DNA of 20,009 bases from a virus. Taxonomy: Duplodnaviria; Heunggongvirae; Uroviricota; Caudoviricetes. The stretch is taken from IMG/VR virus record IMGVR_UViG_2617270955_000003; one strand, written 5' to 3'. Under the pieces are notes generated by a model. The model was given only the letters and a program-made list of their open reading frames with translations, was not told the DNA's origin and did not search any database. Positions 8,963 to 18,077 of the stretch are shown in pieces (the first letter of the stretch is position 1; each line of letters opens with the position of its first letter). Position numbers and translations under genes: made by a program.

Positions 8963-9507
8963 AAACGGGAGCCGAAGCTATCCGGGCGCTGGCCACGCAG
9001 CTCCCGGCGTTTCGTCAGAAACTGAATGAGGGCTGGTATCAGGTGCGCATTGCCGGGCGTGATGCAGGCGAAAACGAATTATCTGCCCGTCTTAATGAGC
9101 CGCTGGCAAATGGTGCCGTGATCCACATCGTGCCGCGTCTGGCGGGAGCTAAAAGTGGCGGTGTGTTTCAGGTGGTGCTGGGGGCGGCGCTGATTGCGGT
9201 GGCATGGTGGAACCCTGTGGGCTGGCTGGGTGCCGCGGCTGTATCGGGCATGTATGCGGCAGGGGCCAGTATGATCCTGGGTGGTGTGGCCCAGATGCTG
9301 GCACCGAAAGCCCGGACGCCCACAGCGACCAGCACGGATAACGGTAAGCAGAACACCTATTTCTCATCACTGGATAACATGGTTGCCCAGGGCAATGTTC
9401 TGCCTGTTCTGTACGGTGAAATGCGCGTGGGGTCTCGTGTGGTTTCTCAGGAGATCAGCACGGCAGATGAAGGGGACGGTGGTCAGGTTGTGGTGATTGG
9501 CCGCTGA
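8860..9507 (+). CDS. I: Tail assembly protein I
   Basis: 215 aa; N-terminus MAATHTLPLASPGMARICLYGDLQRFG and C-terminus ...QNTYFSSLDNMVAQGNVLPVLYGEMRVGSRVVSQEISTADEGDGGQVVVIGR match lambda gpI as recalled. Confidence 0.9.
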   Translation: MAATHTLPLASPGMARICLYGDLQRFGHRIDLRVKTGAEAIRALATQLPAFRQKLNEGWYQVRIAGRDAGENELSARLNEPLANGAVIHIVPRLAGAKSGGVFQVVLGAALIAVAWWNPVGWLGAAAVSGMYAAGASMILGGVAQMLAPKARTPTATSTDNGKQNTYFSSLDNMVAQGNVLPVLYGEMRVGSRVVSQEISTADEGDGGQVVVIGR

Positions 9508-9525
9508 TGCAAAATATTTCATGTG

Positions 9526-9550
9526 AAACCGCCTCCGGGCGGTTTTGTCG
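9526..9550 (+). terminator. Stem-loop plus T-rich tract between I and J
   Basis: AAACCGCC-TCCG-GGCGGTTT followed by TGTCGTTT. Confidence 0.45.
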
Positions 9551-9567
9551 TTTATGGAGCATGACGA

Positions 9568-12500
9568 ATGGGCAAAGGAAGCAGTAAGGGGCATACCCCG
9601 CGCGAAGCGAAGGACAACCTGAAATCCACGCAATTACTGAGTGTGATCGATGCCATCAGCGAAGGGCCGATTGAAGGTCCGGTGGATGGATTAAAAAGCG
9701 TGCTGCTGAACAGTACACCGGTGCTGGACAGTGAGGGGAATACCAACATCTCCGGTGTTACGGTGGTGTTCCGGGCAGGTGAGCAGGAGCAGACACCGCC
9801 GGAGGGATTTGAATCCTCCGGTTCCGAGACGGTGCTGGGTACGGAAGTGAAATACGACACGCCGATCACCCGCACCATCACGTCGGCAAACATCGACCGT
9901 CTGCGCTTTACCTTCGGTGTGCAGGCACTGGTGGAAACCACCTCAAAGGGGGACAGGAATCCATCGGAAGTCCGCCTGCTGGTTCAGATACAACGTAACG
10001 GTGGCTGGGTGACGGAAAAAGACATCACCATTAAGGGTAAAACCACCTCACAGTATCTGGCCTCAGTGGTGGTGGATAACCTGCCGCCGCGCCCGTTTAA
10101 TATCCGGATGCGCAGGATGACGCCGGACAGCACCACAGACCAGCTGCAGAACAAAACGCTCTGGTCGTCATACACCGAAATCATCGATGTGAAACAGTGC
10201 TACCCGAACACGGCACTGGTCGGCGTACAGGTGGACTCGGAGCAGTTCGGCAGCCAGCAGGTGAGTCGTAATTATCATCTTCGCGGGCGCATTCTGCAGG
10301 TGCCGTCGAACTATAACCCGCAGACGCGGCAATACAGCGGTATCTGGGACGGAACGTTTAAGCCGGCATACAGCAACAACATGGCCTGGTGTCTGTGGGA
10401 TATGCTGACCCATCCGCGCTACGGCATGGGAAAACGTCTTGGTGCGGCAGATGTGGATAAATGGGCGCTGTATGTCATCGGCCAGTACTGCGACCAGTCG
10501 GTGCCGGACGGCTTTGGCGGCACGGAGCCGCGCATCACCTGTAATGCGTACCTGACCACACAGCGTAAGGCGTGGGATGTGCTCAGTGATTTCTGCTCGG
10601 CGATGCGCTGTATGCCGGTATGGAACGGGCAGACGCTGACGTTCGTGCAGGACCGGCCGTCGGATAATGTGTGGACCTATAACCGCAGTAATGTGGTGAT
10701 GCCGGATGATGGCGCGCCGTTCCGCTACAGTTTCAGCGCCCTGAAGGACCGCCATAATGCCGTTGAGGTGAACTGGACTGACCCGGATAACGGCTGGGAA
10801 ACGGCAACAGAGCTTGTGGAGGACACGCAGGCCATTGCCCGTTATGGTCGTAATGTCACGAAGATGGATGCCTTTGGCTGTACCAGCCGGGGGCAGGCAC
10901 ACCGCGCCGGGCTGTGGCTGATTAAAACGGAGCTGCTGGAAACGCAGACCGTGGACTTCAGCGTGGGCGCAGAAGGGCTTCGCCATGTACCGGGCGATGT
11001 TATTGAAATCTGCGATGATGACTATGCCGGTATCAGCACCGGTGGTCGTGTGCTGGCGGTGAGCAGCCAGACCCGGACGCTGACGCTCGACCGTGAAATC
11101 ACGCTGCCATCCTCCGGCACCACGCTGATAAGCCTGGTTGACGGAAGTGGCAATCCGGTCAGCGTGCAGGTCCAGTCCGTCACCGACGGCGTGAAGGTGA
11201 AAGTGAGCCGGGTTCCTGACGGCGTTGCAGAATACAGCGTGTGGGGGCTGAAGTTGCCGACGTTGCGCCAGCGCCTGTTCCGCTGTGTGAGTATCCGTGA
11301 GAACGACGACGGCACGTATGCCATCACCGCCGTGCAGCATGTACCGGAAAAAGAAGCCATCGTGGATAACGGGGCGCACTTTGACGGCGACCAGAGCGGC
11401 ACGGTGAATGGTGTCACGCCGCCAGCGGTGCAGCACCTGGCCGCAGAAGTCACTGCAGACAGCGGGGAATATCAGGTGCTGGCGCGATGGGACACACCGA
11501 AGGTGGTGAAGGGCGTGAGCTTCCTGCTCCGTCTGACCGTAACAGCGGACGACGGCAGTGAGCGGCTGGTCAGCACGGCCCGGACGACGGAAACCACATA
11601 CCGCTTCAGGCAACTGGCGCTGGGGCGTTACACGCTGACGGTCCGGGCGGTAAATGCGTGGGGGCAGCAGGGCGATCCGGCATCGGTATCGTTCCGGATT
11701 GCGGCACCGGCAGCGCCTGTCACTATTGAACTGATACCAGGGTATTTTCAGATAACAGCGGTCCCGAAACTGGCTGTATATGACCCGACGGTGCAGTTTG
11801 AGTTCTGGTTCTCGGAAAAGCGGATTATCGATATCAGGCAGGTTGAAACCAGCGCGCGTTATCTTGGTACGGCGCTGTACTGGATAGCCGCCAGTAGCAA
11901 TATTAAGCCGGGTTATGATTATTACTTTTATATCCGCAGCGTGAACACCGTTGGTAAATCGGCATTTGTGGAGGCCGTTGGTCGGGCGAGCGATGATGCG
12001 GAAGGTTATCTGAATTTTTATAAAGGGTTGATCAATAAAACGCATCTCGGCAAGGAACTGCTGGAAAACTTTGAGCTGACGGAAGATAACGCCAGCAAAC
12101 TGGAGGAGTTTTCGAAAGAGTGGAAGGACGCCAACGATAAATGGAATGCCATGTGGGGCGTCAAAATTGAGCAGACCAAAGACGGCAAACATTATGTCGC
12201 GGGGCTTGGCCTCAGCATGGAGGATACGGAGGAAGGCAAACTGAGCCAGTTCCTGGTTGCCGCTAACCGTATCGCGTTTATTGACCCGGCAAACGGGAAT
12301 GAAACGCCGATGTTTGTGGCGCAGGGCAACCAGATATTCATGAACGACGTGTTCCTGAAGCGCCTGACGGCCCCCACCATTACCAGCGGCGGTAATCCTC
12401 CGGCATTTTCCCTGACACCGGACGGGCGGCTGACGGCGAAAAATGCCGATATCAGCGGTAACGTGAATGCGAACTCCGGGACGCTCAACAACGTCACGAT

Positions 12501-12963
12501 TAACGAGAACTGCCGGGTTCTGGGAAAACTGTCCGCGAACCAGATTGAAGGCGATCTCGTTAAAACAGTGGGCAAAGCTTTCCCCCGTGACTCCCGGGCA
12601 CCGGAGCGGTGGCCATCAGGGACCATTACCGTCAGGGTTTATGACGATCAGCCGTTTGACCGGCAAATTGTTATTCCGGCTGTGGCATTCAGTGGCGCTA
12701 AGCATGAGAGAGAGCATACTGATATTTACTCCTCATGCCGTCTGATAGTGCGGAAAAACGGTGCTGAAATTTATAACCGTACCGCGCTGGATAATACGCT
12801 GATTTACAGTGGCGTTATTGATATGCCTGCCGGTCACGGTCACATGACGCTGGAGTTTTCGGTGTCAGCATGGCTGGTAAATGGCTGGTATCCCACAGCA
12901 AGTATCAGCGATTTGCTGGTTGTTGTGATGAAGAAAGCCACTGCAGGCATCACGATTAGCTGA
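9568..12963 (+). CDS. J: Central tail fibre / host specificity protein J, with divergent C-terminal receptor-binding region
   Basis: 1131 aa; GGAG RBS 8 nt upstream; N-terminal ~1000 aa match lambda gpJ as recalled, with fibronectin-III-like repeats; last ~145 aa are homologous to but clearly different from lambda. Confidence 0.95.
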   Translation: MGKGSSKGHTPREAKDNLKSTQLLSVIDAISEGPIEGPVDGLKSVLLNSTPVLDSEGNTNISGVTVVFRAGEQEQTPPEGFESSGSETVLGTEVKYDTPITRTITSANIDRLRFTFGVQALVETTSKGDRNPSEVRLLVQIQRNGGWVTEKDITIKGKTTSQYLASVVVDNLPPRPFNIRMRRMTPDSTTDQLQNKTLWSSYTEIIDVKQCYPNTALVGVQVDSEQFGSQQVSRNYHLRGRILQVPSNYNPQTRQYSGIWDGTFKPAYSNNMAWCLWDMLTHPRYGMGKRLGAADVDKWALYVIGQYCDQSVPDGFGGTEPRITCNAYLTTQRKAWDVLSDFCSAMRCMPVWNGQTLTFVQDRPSDNVWTYNRSNVVMPDDGAPFRYSFSALKDRHNAVEVNWTDPDNGWETATELVEDTQAIARYGRNVTKMDAFGCTSRGQAHRAGLWLIKTELLETQTVDFSVGAEGLRHVPGDVIEICDDDYAGISTGGRVLAVSSQTRTLTLDREITLPSSGTTLISLVDGSGNPVSVQVQSVTDGVKVKVSRVPDGVAEYSVWGLKLPTLRQRLFRCVSIRENDDGTYAITAVQHVPEKEAIVDNGAHFDGDQSGTVNGVTPPAVQHLAAEVTADSGEYQVLARWDTPKVVKGVSFLLRLTVTADDGSERLVSTARTTETTYRFRQLALGRYTLTVRAVNAWGQQGDPASVSFRIAAPAAPVTIELIPGYFQITAVPKLAVYDPTVQFEFWFSEKRIIDIRQVETSARYLGTALYWIAASSNIKPGYDYYFYIRSVNTVGKSAFVEAVGRASDDAEGYLNFYKGLINKTHLGKELLENFELTEDNASKLEEFSKEWKDANDKWNAMWGVKIEQTKDGKHYVAGLGLSMEDTEEGKLSQFLVAANRIAFIDPANGNETPMFVAQGNQIFMNDVFLKRLTAPTITSGGNPPAFSLTPDGRLTAKNADISGNVNANSGTLNNVTINENCRVLGKLSANQIEGDLVKTVGKAFPRDSRAPERWPSGTITVRVYDDQPFDRQIVIPAVAFSGAKHEREHTDIYSSCRLIVRKNGAEIYNRTALDNTLIYSGVIDMPAGHGHMTLEFSVSAWLVNGWYPTASISDLLVVVMKKATAGITIS

Positions 12964-12982
12964 ATTTTATAACCCAGATACG

Positions 12983-13007
12983 GGCACCAGAAATGGTGCC
13001 TTTTTTA
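12983..13007 (+). terminator. Intrinsic terminator after J
   Basis: GGCACC-AGAAAT-GGTGCC hairpin followed by TTTTTTATT. Confidence 0.6.
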
Positions 13008-13030
13008 TTGCAGAAAAGCGAGAGGTAATT

Positions 13031-13630
13031 ATGCGTAAATTATGTGCTGTTATTCTATCCGCAGTAGTCTGGCTGGTTGCCGCTGGTACGCCAGCGAGCG
13101 CAGCAGAGCATCAGTCCACACTAAGCGCCGGGTATCTTCAGACCCATACTGATATGCCAGGCAGTGATGACCTGAAGGGCATTAACGTGAAATACCGTTA
13201 TGAATTTACGGACACGCTGGGGCTGGTGACGTCATTCAGTTATGCCAATGCCAAAGATGAGCAAAAAACGCATTACAGCGATACCCGCTGGCATGAAGAT
13301 TCAGTGCGTAACCGCTGGTTCAGCATGATGGCGGGGCCATCTGTACGCGTGAATGAATGGTTCAGTGCTTATGCGATGGCAGGTGTGGCTTACAGCCGTG
13401 TTTCGACGTTCTCCGGGGATTATCTCCGCGTAACTGACAACAAGGGGAAAACGCACGATGTGCTGACCGGAAGTGATGACGATCGCCACAGCAACACGTC
13501 TCTGGCGTGGGGAGCTGGCGTGCAGTTTAACCCGACCGAATCCGTGGCCATTGATATTGCTTATGAAGGCTCCGGCAGTGGCGACTGGCGCACTGACGGT
13601 TTCATCGTGGGTGTCGGTTATAAGTTCTGA
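13031..13630 (+). CDS. lom: Lom outer membrane protein (Ail/OmpX/PagC family)
   Basis: 199 aa; signal peptide MRKLCAVILSAVVWLVAAGTPASA; beta-barrel OMP signature with C-terminal ...GFIVGVGYKF; GAGAGG RBS; same position as lambda lom. Confidence 0.95.
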   Translation: MRKLCAVILSAVVWLVAAGTPASAAEHQSTLSAGYLQTHTDMPGSDDLKGINVKYRYEFTDTLGLVTSFSYANAKDEQKTHYSDTRWHEDSVRNRWFSMMAGPSVRVNEWFSAYAMAGVAYSRVSTFSGDYLRVTDNKGKTHDVLTGSDDDRHSNTSLAWGAGVQFNPTESVAIDIAYEGSGSGDWRTDGFIVGVGYKF

Positions 13631-13657
13631 TTAGCCAGGTAACACAGTGTTATGACA

Positions 13658-13683
13658 GCCCGCCGGTTCAGGCGGGCTTTTTT
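13658..13683 (+). terminator. Intrinsic terminator after lom
   Basis: GCCCGCC-GGTTCA-GGCGGGC hairpin followed by TTTTTT; a corresponding hairpin follows lom in lambda as I recall it. Confidence 0.65.
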
Positions 13684-13686
13684 GTG

Positions 13687-14397
13687 CACAGAAAACCCCC
13701 AGCTAGGCTGGGGGTTCCGGAAAGCTTTCAGCTTTAAGCCAGTTATTAAAACCCCTTTTGATTTGTTAAAACACCTTGCGGTCTGGCAACTGCAAGTGTC
13801 AAACAAGAAATCAAAAGGGGGTCCCAATGGGGAACGAAAAGAGCTTAGCGCACACCCGATGGAACTGTAAATATCACATAGTTTTTGCGCCAAAATACCG
13901 AAGACAGGTGTTCTACAGAGAGAAGCGTAGAGCAATAGGCAGTATTTTGAGAAAGCTGTGTGAGTGGAAAAGTGTACGGATTCTGGAAGCTGAATGCTGT
14001 GCAGATCATATCCATATGCTTGTGGAGATCCCGCCCAAAATGAGCGTATCCGGCTTTATGGGATATCTGAAAGGGAAAAGCAGTCTGATGCTTTACGAGC
14101 AGTTTGGTGATTTGAAATTCAAATACAGGAACAGGGAGTTCTGGTGCAGAGGGTACTACGTCGATACGGTGGGTAAGAACACGGCGAAGATACAGGATTA
14201 CATAAAGCACCAGCTTGAAGAGGATAAAATGGGAGAGCAGTTATCGATTCCCTATCCGGGCAGCCCGTTTACGGGCCGTAAGTAACGAAGTTGGATGCAA
14301 ATGTCAGATCGTGTGCGCCTGTTAGGGCGCGGCTGGTAAGAGAGCCTTATAGGCGCATTTGAAAAACCTCCGGCTATGCCGGAGGATATTTATTGTG
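13687..14397 (+). mobile_element. IS200-family insertion sequence (IS200/IS605 family), about 0.7 kb, boundaries approximate
   Basis: Contains an IS200-type TnpA gene; left end carries an 8-bp-stem hairpin (CCCCCAGC-TAG-GCTGGGGG, 13696..13714); element sits where lambda has only about 10 bp between the lom terminator and the stf start; length fits IS200 (about 707 bp). Confidence 0.7.
13827..14285 (+). CDS. tnpA: IS200-family transposase TnpA (HUH single-strand transposase)
   Basis: 152 aa from ATG 13827 (MGNEKSLAHTRWNCKYHIVFAPKYRR...); HUH motif in ...CADHIHMLVEIPP...; the track start at 13776 is an upstream in-frame extension. Confidence 0.9.
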   Translation: MGNEKSLAHTRWNCKYHIVFAPKYRRQVFYREKRRAIGSILRKLCEWKSVRILEAECCADHIHMLVEIPPKMSVSGFMGYLKGKSSLMLYEQFGDLKFKYRNREFWCRGYYVDTVGKNTAKIQDYIKHQLEEDKMGEQLSIPYPGSPFTGRK

Positions 14398-14405
14398 GAG
14401 TGGAT

Positions 14406-16784
14406 ATGGCAGCAGTAAAAATCTCAGGTGTGCTGAAAGATGGTGCGGGAAAACCAATACAGAACTGCACTATTCAACTGAAGGCAAAGCGTAACAGCAC
14501 CACGGTACTGGTGAACACGGTGGCTTCTGAAAATCCGGATGAAGCCGGACGTTACAGCATGGATGTTGAGCATGGTCAGTACAGCGTCACCCTGCTGGTT
14601 GAAGGTTTTCCGCCTTCACATGCCGGGACCATTACCGTCTATGAAGGTTCCAGACCAGGTACGCTGAATGATTTTCTCGGTGCCATGACGGAGGATGATG
14701 TCCGACCGGAGGCACTGCGCCGCTTTGAGCAGATGGTGGAAGAAGCGGCACGCAACGCTGAAGCCGCCTCTCAGAGCGCAGCGGCGGCAAAGAAATCCGA
14801 AACTGCAGCGGCATCATCGAAGAACGCGGCGAAAACCTCAGAAACGAATGCAGCTAACAGCGCACAGGCGGCAGCGACCTCAAAGACTGCATCGGCAAAC
14901 TCCGCGACAGCAGCCAAAAAATCAGAAACCAACGCGAAAAATAGCGAGACAGCCGCAAAGACGAGCGAAACCAACGCAAAGTCCAGCCAGACGGCAGCGA
15001 AAACCAGCGAAACGAATGCCAAAGCCAGTGAAACTGCGGCAAAAAACAGCCAGGTTGCAGCAGCCCAAAGCGAGAGCGCGGCAGCCGGTTCTGCGACTTC
15101 AGCAGCTGGATCAGCAACTGCTGCGGCTAACAGCCGGAAAGCTGCGAAGACGAGTGAAACTAACGCAAAGTCCAGCCAGACGGCAGCGAAGACCAGCGAA
15201 ACGAATGCCAAAGCCAGCGAAACTGCGGCGAAAAACAGTCAGGATGCAGCAGCCCAAAGCGAGAGTGCTGCAGCTGGTTCTGCAAGCGCGGCGGCTGCTT
15301 CTGCCACTGCATCAGCCAACAGTCAAAAAGCAGCAAAAACCAGTGAAACCAATGCAAAGACAAGCGAGACTGCAGCGGCGAACTCGGCGAAAGCATCCGC
15401 TGCAAGCCAGACCGCTGCAAAAGCAAGTGAAGACGCAGCCAGAGAGTATGCAAGCCAGGCAGCAGATCCGTATAAATATGTCTTACAGCCGCTGCCTGAT
15501 GTGTGGATACCGTTTAACGATTCACTGGATATGATTACGGGCTTTTCGCCATCATATAAAAAGATTGTTATTGGTGACGACGAAATAACGATGCCTGGCG
15601 ACAAGATTGTTAAGTTTAAACGTGCATCGAAAGCAACCTATATTAACAAATCTGGTGTGCTGACAGAGGCTGCCATTGATGAGCCACGATTTGAACGTGA
15701 TGGCCTGCTTATTGAGGGGCAAAGAACTAATCTTCTGCTTAATTCAACAAATCCATCTAAATGGAATAAGTCAGGCAATCTGGAACTCACAGAAATATCC
15801 ACGGATTCTTTTAATTTTACTTATGGGAGATTTACTGTAAAAGATACTCTTATTGGTCAGACAAGTGCTATTAATATCGTAACGATTTCTGGCAGTAAAG
15901 GGTTTGATGTCACAGGTGATGAAAAATATGTGACCATTTCATGCCGTGTAAGAAGTGATGTTGAAAATATAAGGTGTCGTTTAAGATTTGAACACCATGA
16001 TGGTTATACTTACACTTTTTTGGGAGATGCTTACCTCAATTTATCAACACTTGTAATTGATAAAACTGGTACTGCTGCAGACCGTATTATTGCAAAGGCT
16101 GTAAAAGATGAGGTTACTGGTTGGATTTTCTATCAGGCTACAATTAATGCACTAGATACAGAGAGCATGATTGGTGCGATGGTTCAATACGCTCCTGTAA
16201 AAGGTTCAGGTACAGCATCTGGAGACTATCTGGATATCGCAACTCCACAAGTGGAAGGTGGATCAAGTGCTTCGTCATTTATTGTAACTGATATAACTGC
16301 AAGCACTCGCGCAAGCGATATGGTGACAGTCCCAATCAAGAATAACCTTTATAATCTTCCTTTTACGGTTCTTTGTGAGGTACATAAGAACTGGTATAAA
16401 ACGCCAAATGCAGCACCGCGTGTTTTTGATACCGGCGGTCATCAAACCGGAGCGGCTATTATTCTTGGCTTCGGTCGTTCAACAGATTACGACGGATTTC
16501 CTTATTGTGATATAGGTTTGGCTAACAGACGGGTAAACGAAAACGCATCGCTTGAAAAAATGGTTATGGGGATGCGTGTAAAGTCAGATCAGTCTACGTG
16601 CTCAGTAAGTAACGGGCGTATATCCAGCGAAAAGAAAGCCACATGGTCCTATATTCAGAACTCCGCAATTATCCGTATTGGAGGCCAGACTACAGCCGGG
16701 TTGCGTCATTTATTTGGTCATGTCAGGAATTTCAGAATATGGCACAAGGCATTGACTGATGCTCAGATGGGGGAGTCAATCTAA
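14406..16784 (+). CDS. stf: Side tail fibre protein (lambda Stf-like N-terminus, repetitive Ala/Ser/Thr shaft, divergent AT-rich C-terminal domain)
   Basis: ATG 14406 gives MAAVKISGVLKDGAGKPIQNCTIQLKAKRNSTT..., matching the lambda Stf N-terminus as recalled; the track start at 14376 falls in the IS200 end region. Confidence 0.9.
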   Translation: MAAVKISGVLKDGAGKPIQNCTIQLKAKRNSTTVLVNTVASENPDEAGRYSMDVEHGQYSVTLLVEGFPPSHAGTITVYEGSRPGTLNDFLGAMTEDDVRPEALRRFEQMVEEAARNAEAASQSAAAAKKSETAAASSKNAAKTSETNAANSAQAAATSKTASANSATAAKKSETNAKNSETAAKTSETNAKSSQTAAKTSETNAKASETAAKNSQVAAAQSESAAAGSATSAAGSATAAANSRKAAKTSETNAKSSQTAAKTSETNAKASETAAKNSQDAAAQSESAAAGSASAAAASATASANSQKAAKTSETNAKTSETAAANSAKASAASQTAAKASEDAAREYASQAADPYKYVLQPLPDVWIPFNDSLDMITGFSPSYKKIVIGDDEITMPGDKIVKFKRASKATYINKSGVLTEAAIDEPRFERDGLLIEGQRTNLLLNSTNPSKWNKSGNLELTEISTDSFNFTYGRFTVKDTLIGQTSAINIVTISGSKGFDVTGDEKYVTISCRVRSDVENIRCRLRFEHHDGYTYTFLGDAYLNLSTLVIDKTGTAADRIIAKAVKDEVTGWIFYQATINALDTESMIGAMVQYAPVKGSGTASGDYLDIATPQVEGGSSASSFIVTDITASTRASDMVTVPIKNNLYNLPFTVLCEVHKNWYKTPNAAPRVFDTGGHQTGAAIILGFGRSTDYDGFPYCDIGLANRRVNENASLEKMVMGMRVKSDQSTCSVSNGRISSEKKATWSYIQNSAIIRIGGQTTAGLRHLFGHVRNFRIWHKALTDAQMGESI
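14953..15283 (+). repeat. Tandem in-frame duplication of about 189 bp (63 codons) in the stf shaft
   Basis: Segments 14953..15094 and 15142..15283 are near-identical at offset 189 bp (...GTCCAGCCAGACGGCAGCGAA.ACCAGCGAAACGAATGCCAAAGCCAG.GAAACTGCGGC...), encoding repeated AAKTSETNAKSSQTAAKTSETNAKASETAAKNSQ. Confidence 0.85.
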
Positions 16785-17065
16785 TGAAAGATTTAACACT
16801 CAAATTTGCAGACAGGGCCGACTTTTCGGCCTTTATGGATAGCATTGGCTATTATGATGACGAGTCGATGCAGGATGATATTCTTATTGACGTGATAGGT
16901 AACGTGTACAAAGAAACCGGAGAACTGACTGAAGATGGCGAACCGGTATGTGTTAAGGAAGATGGATATTATGTAAACGTGCGCATCATTAATGATGCAA
17001 AAAAATCGTCAATATTCGATGAATACGCGGTTGTAGTTGAACATCAACTTCGTGGCTGGATGTGA
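16784..17065 (+). CDS. Hypothetical small acidic protein (93 aa), translationally coupled to stf
   Basis: ATG overlaps the stf stop (TAATG); AT-rich like the stf 3' half; occupies the position where lambda has tfa but does not resemble Tfa. Confidence 0.55.
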   Translation: MKDLTLKFADRADFSAFMDSIGYYDDESMQDDILIDVIGNVYKETGELTEDGEPVCVKEDGYYVNVRIINDAKKSSIFDEYAVVVEHQLRGWM

Positions 17066-17074
17066 GGGAGACAA

Positions 17075-17779
17075 ATGGCTACATCGACAGTAATTCCAGG
17101 AGACATCACCACGTTAAAGGGAGATGTCAGTAAAGCCAAGGAAGATATTTCCTCAATTAACGGAAAAGTATCAACGCTTCAGGCTGATATGACCAGTGCA
17201 AAGCAGGATATCAGCACCAGATACACAAAAACTGAAGTTGATAATAAGCTGAAAAACAAACTGGAAGTGAACGCTCTGGAAAGCGGTCGTTATGGTGGAG
17301 ATTTTTACCCGTTGACTGGCCGTGAAGCGTTTTATTTGTGGGGATTGGGCACGACTACAGCGGCGGCAAACCTTTATCTTAATCCTGACCCCGCAATTTC
17401 GTCTGTGCTGCGGTCAACATCGTCTATCCGCTATAAACATTCAGTAGAGACAATAGATTCAGAGCACGCCGATCTCATTTTCAGGATGCGCCCTGTGTGG
17501 TACAGGTCACAATGCGAAAATGACAGGCGTGACTGGGGATTCTACGGATTGATTGCCGAGGAAGTAGGAGAAATTGCCCCTCAGTTTGTACACTGGCGAC
17601 CAGCTAACGAAGATGATGCACCGGAAGCTATTTCCAGCAATGGCCTTGTTGCCGAAGGTGTAATGTACGAACGTCTGGTTGTTCCACTGATTCACCATAT
17701 CCAGAAGCTGACTGAAAGAGTTGATGAACTTGAGTCAGAATTAAAGTTGTTATCCGTTTCCCGAAGCGATATCGGATAA
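17075..17779 (+). CDS. Tail-fibre-like protein with C-terminal intramolecular-chaperone (peptidase S74-like) domain
   Basis: 234 aa; GGGAG RBS; N-terminal periodic coiled-coil-like segment; C-terminal ...SSIRYKHSVETIDSEHADLIFRMRPVWY...WGFYGLIAEEVGEIAPQFV...NGLVAEGVMYERLVVPLIHHIQKLTERVDELESELK resembles the autoproteolytic chaperone domains of phage fibres and tailspikes. Confidence 0.65.
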   Translation: MATSTVIPGDITTLKGDVSKAKEDISSINGKVSTLQADMTSAKQDISTRYTKTEVDNKLKNKLEVNALESGRYGGDFYPLTGREAFYLWGLGTTTAAANLYLNPDPAISSVLRSTSSIRYKHSVETIDSEHADLIFRMRPVWYRSQCENDRRDWGFYGLIAEEVGEIAPQFVHWRPANEDDAPEAISSNGLVAEGVMYERLVVPLIHHIQKLTERVDELESELKLLSVSRSDIG

Positions 17780-17789
17780 AGGAGGAGTA

Positions 17790-18077
17790 ATGGATATAAG
17801 CCCCTTACTTCATGCACTTTGTGCTGTGGCTGCGCAAACACTGGTTGGTCTTTTTACCGGAAACTGGGCTTACGGAGCGATAGCCGGTTGTACGTTCTTC
17901 ATTGCGCGTGAACACACCCAGGCAGAATATCGCTGGATCGAAATGTTCGGGCATGGCAAGCGAATGAATATGCCGTGGTGGGGCGGTTTTGATCCGCGCG
18001 CGTGGGATGTGACAAGCCTGATGGATTTTGCTGTGCCGGTGGTGGCGTGTCTGCTGATCTGGATGTTGATCCGTTAA
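17790..18077 (+). CDS. Hypothetical small membrane protein (95 aa, 2-3 predicted TM segments)
   Basis: Strong RBS AAGGAGGAG 7 nt upstream; hydrophobic N-terminal and C-terminal segments; last gene before attP. Confidence 0.6.
   Translation: MDISPLLHALCAVAAQTLVGLFTGNWAYGAIAGCTFFIAREHTQAEYRWIEMFGHGKRMNMPWWGGFDPRAWDVTSLMDFAVPVVACLLIWMLIR

Noticed and set aside
10168-12192. 674-aa ORF on the minus strand
   Set aside because: Lies entirely antisense within J, which has strong homology support; the Arg/His/Pro-rich product is typical of a GC-rich antisense frame.
13618-13935. 105-aa minus-strand ORF spanning the lom terminator and IS200 left end
   Set aside because: Crosses a terminator hairpin and is antisense to the tnpA 5' region; no coding signature. 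At most it marks the region where IS200 elements make a small antisense RNA, which I cannot verify here.
13845-14210. 121-aa minus-strand ORF
   Set aside because: Antisense within IS200 tnpA.
14376-14405. Upstream start for stf (MPEDIYCGVD...)
   Set aside because: Lies in the IS200 right-end region; the ATG at 14406 reproduces the lambda Stf N-terminus (MAVKISGVLKDG...).
14953-15283. Possible CRISPR-like or other non-coding repeat array
   Set aside because: Only two copies, in frame and inside the stf coding sequence, with no spacer-repeat architecture and no cas genes in the window.
14695-15604. Several overlapping ORFs on both strands (279 aa Arg/Gln-rich on plus; 146, 97, 93 and 87 aa on minus)
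   Set aside because: Alternative-frame artefacts of the repetitive Ala/Ser/Thr-coding shaft of stf; low-complexity products with no start context.
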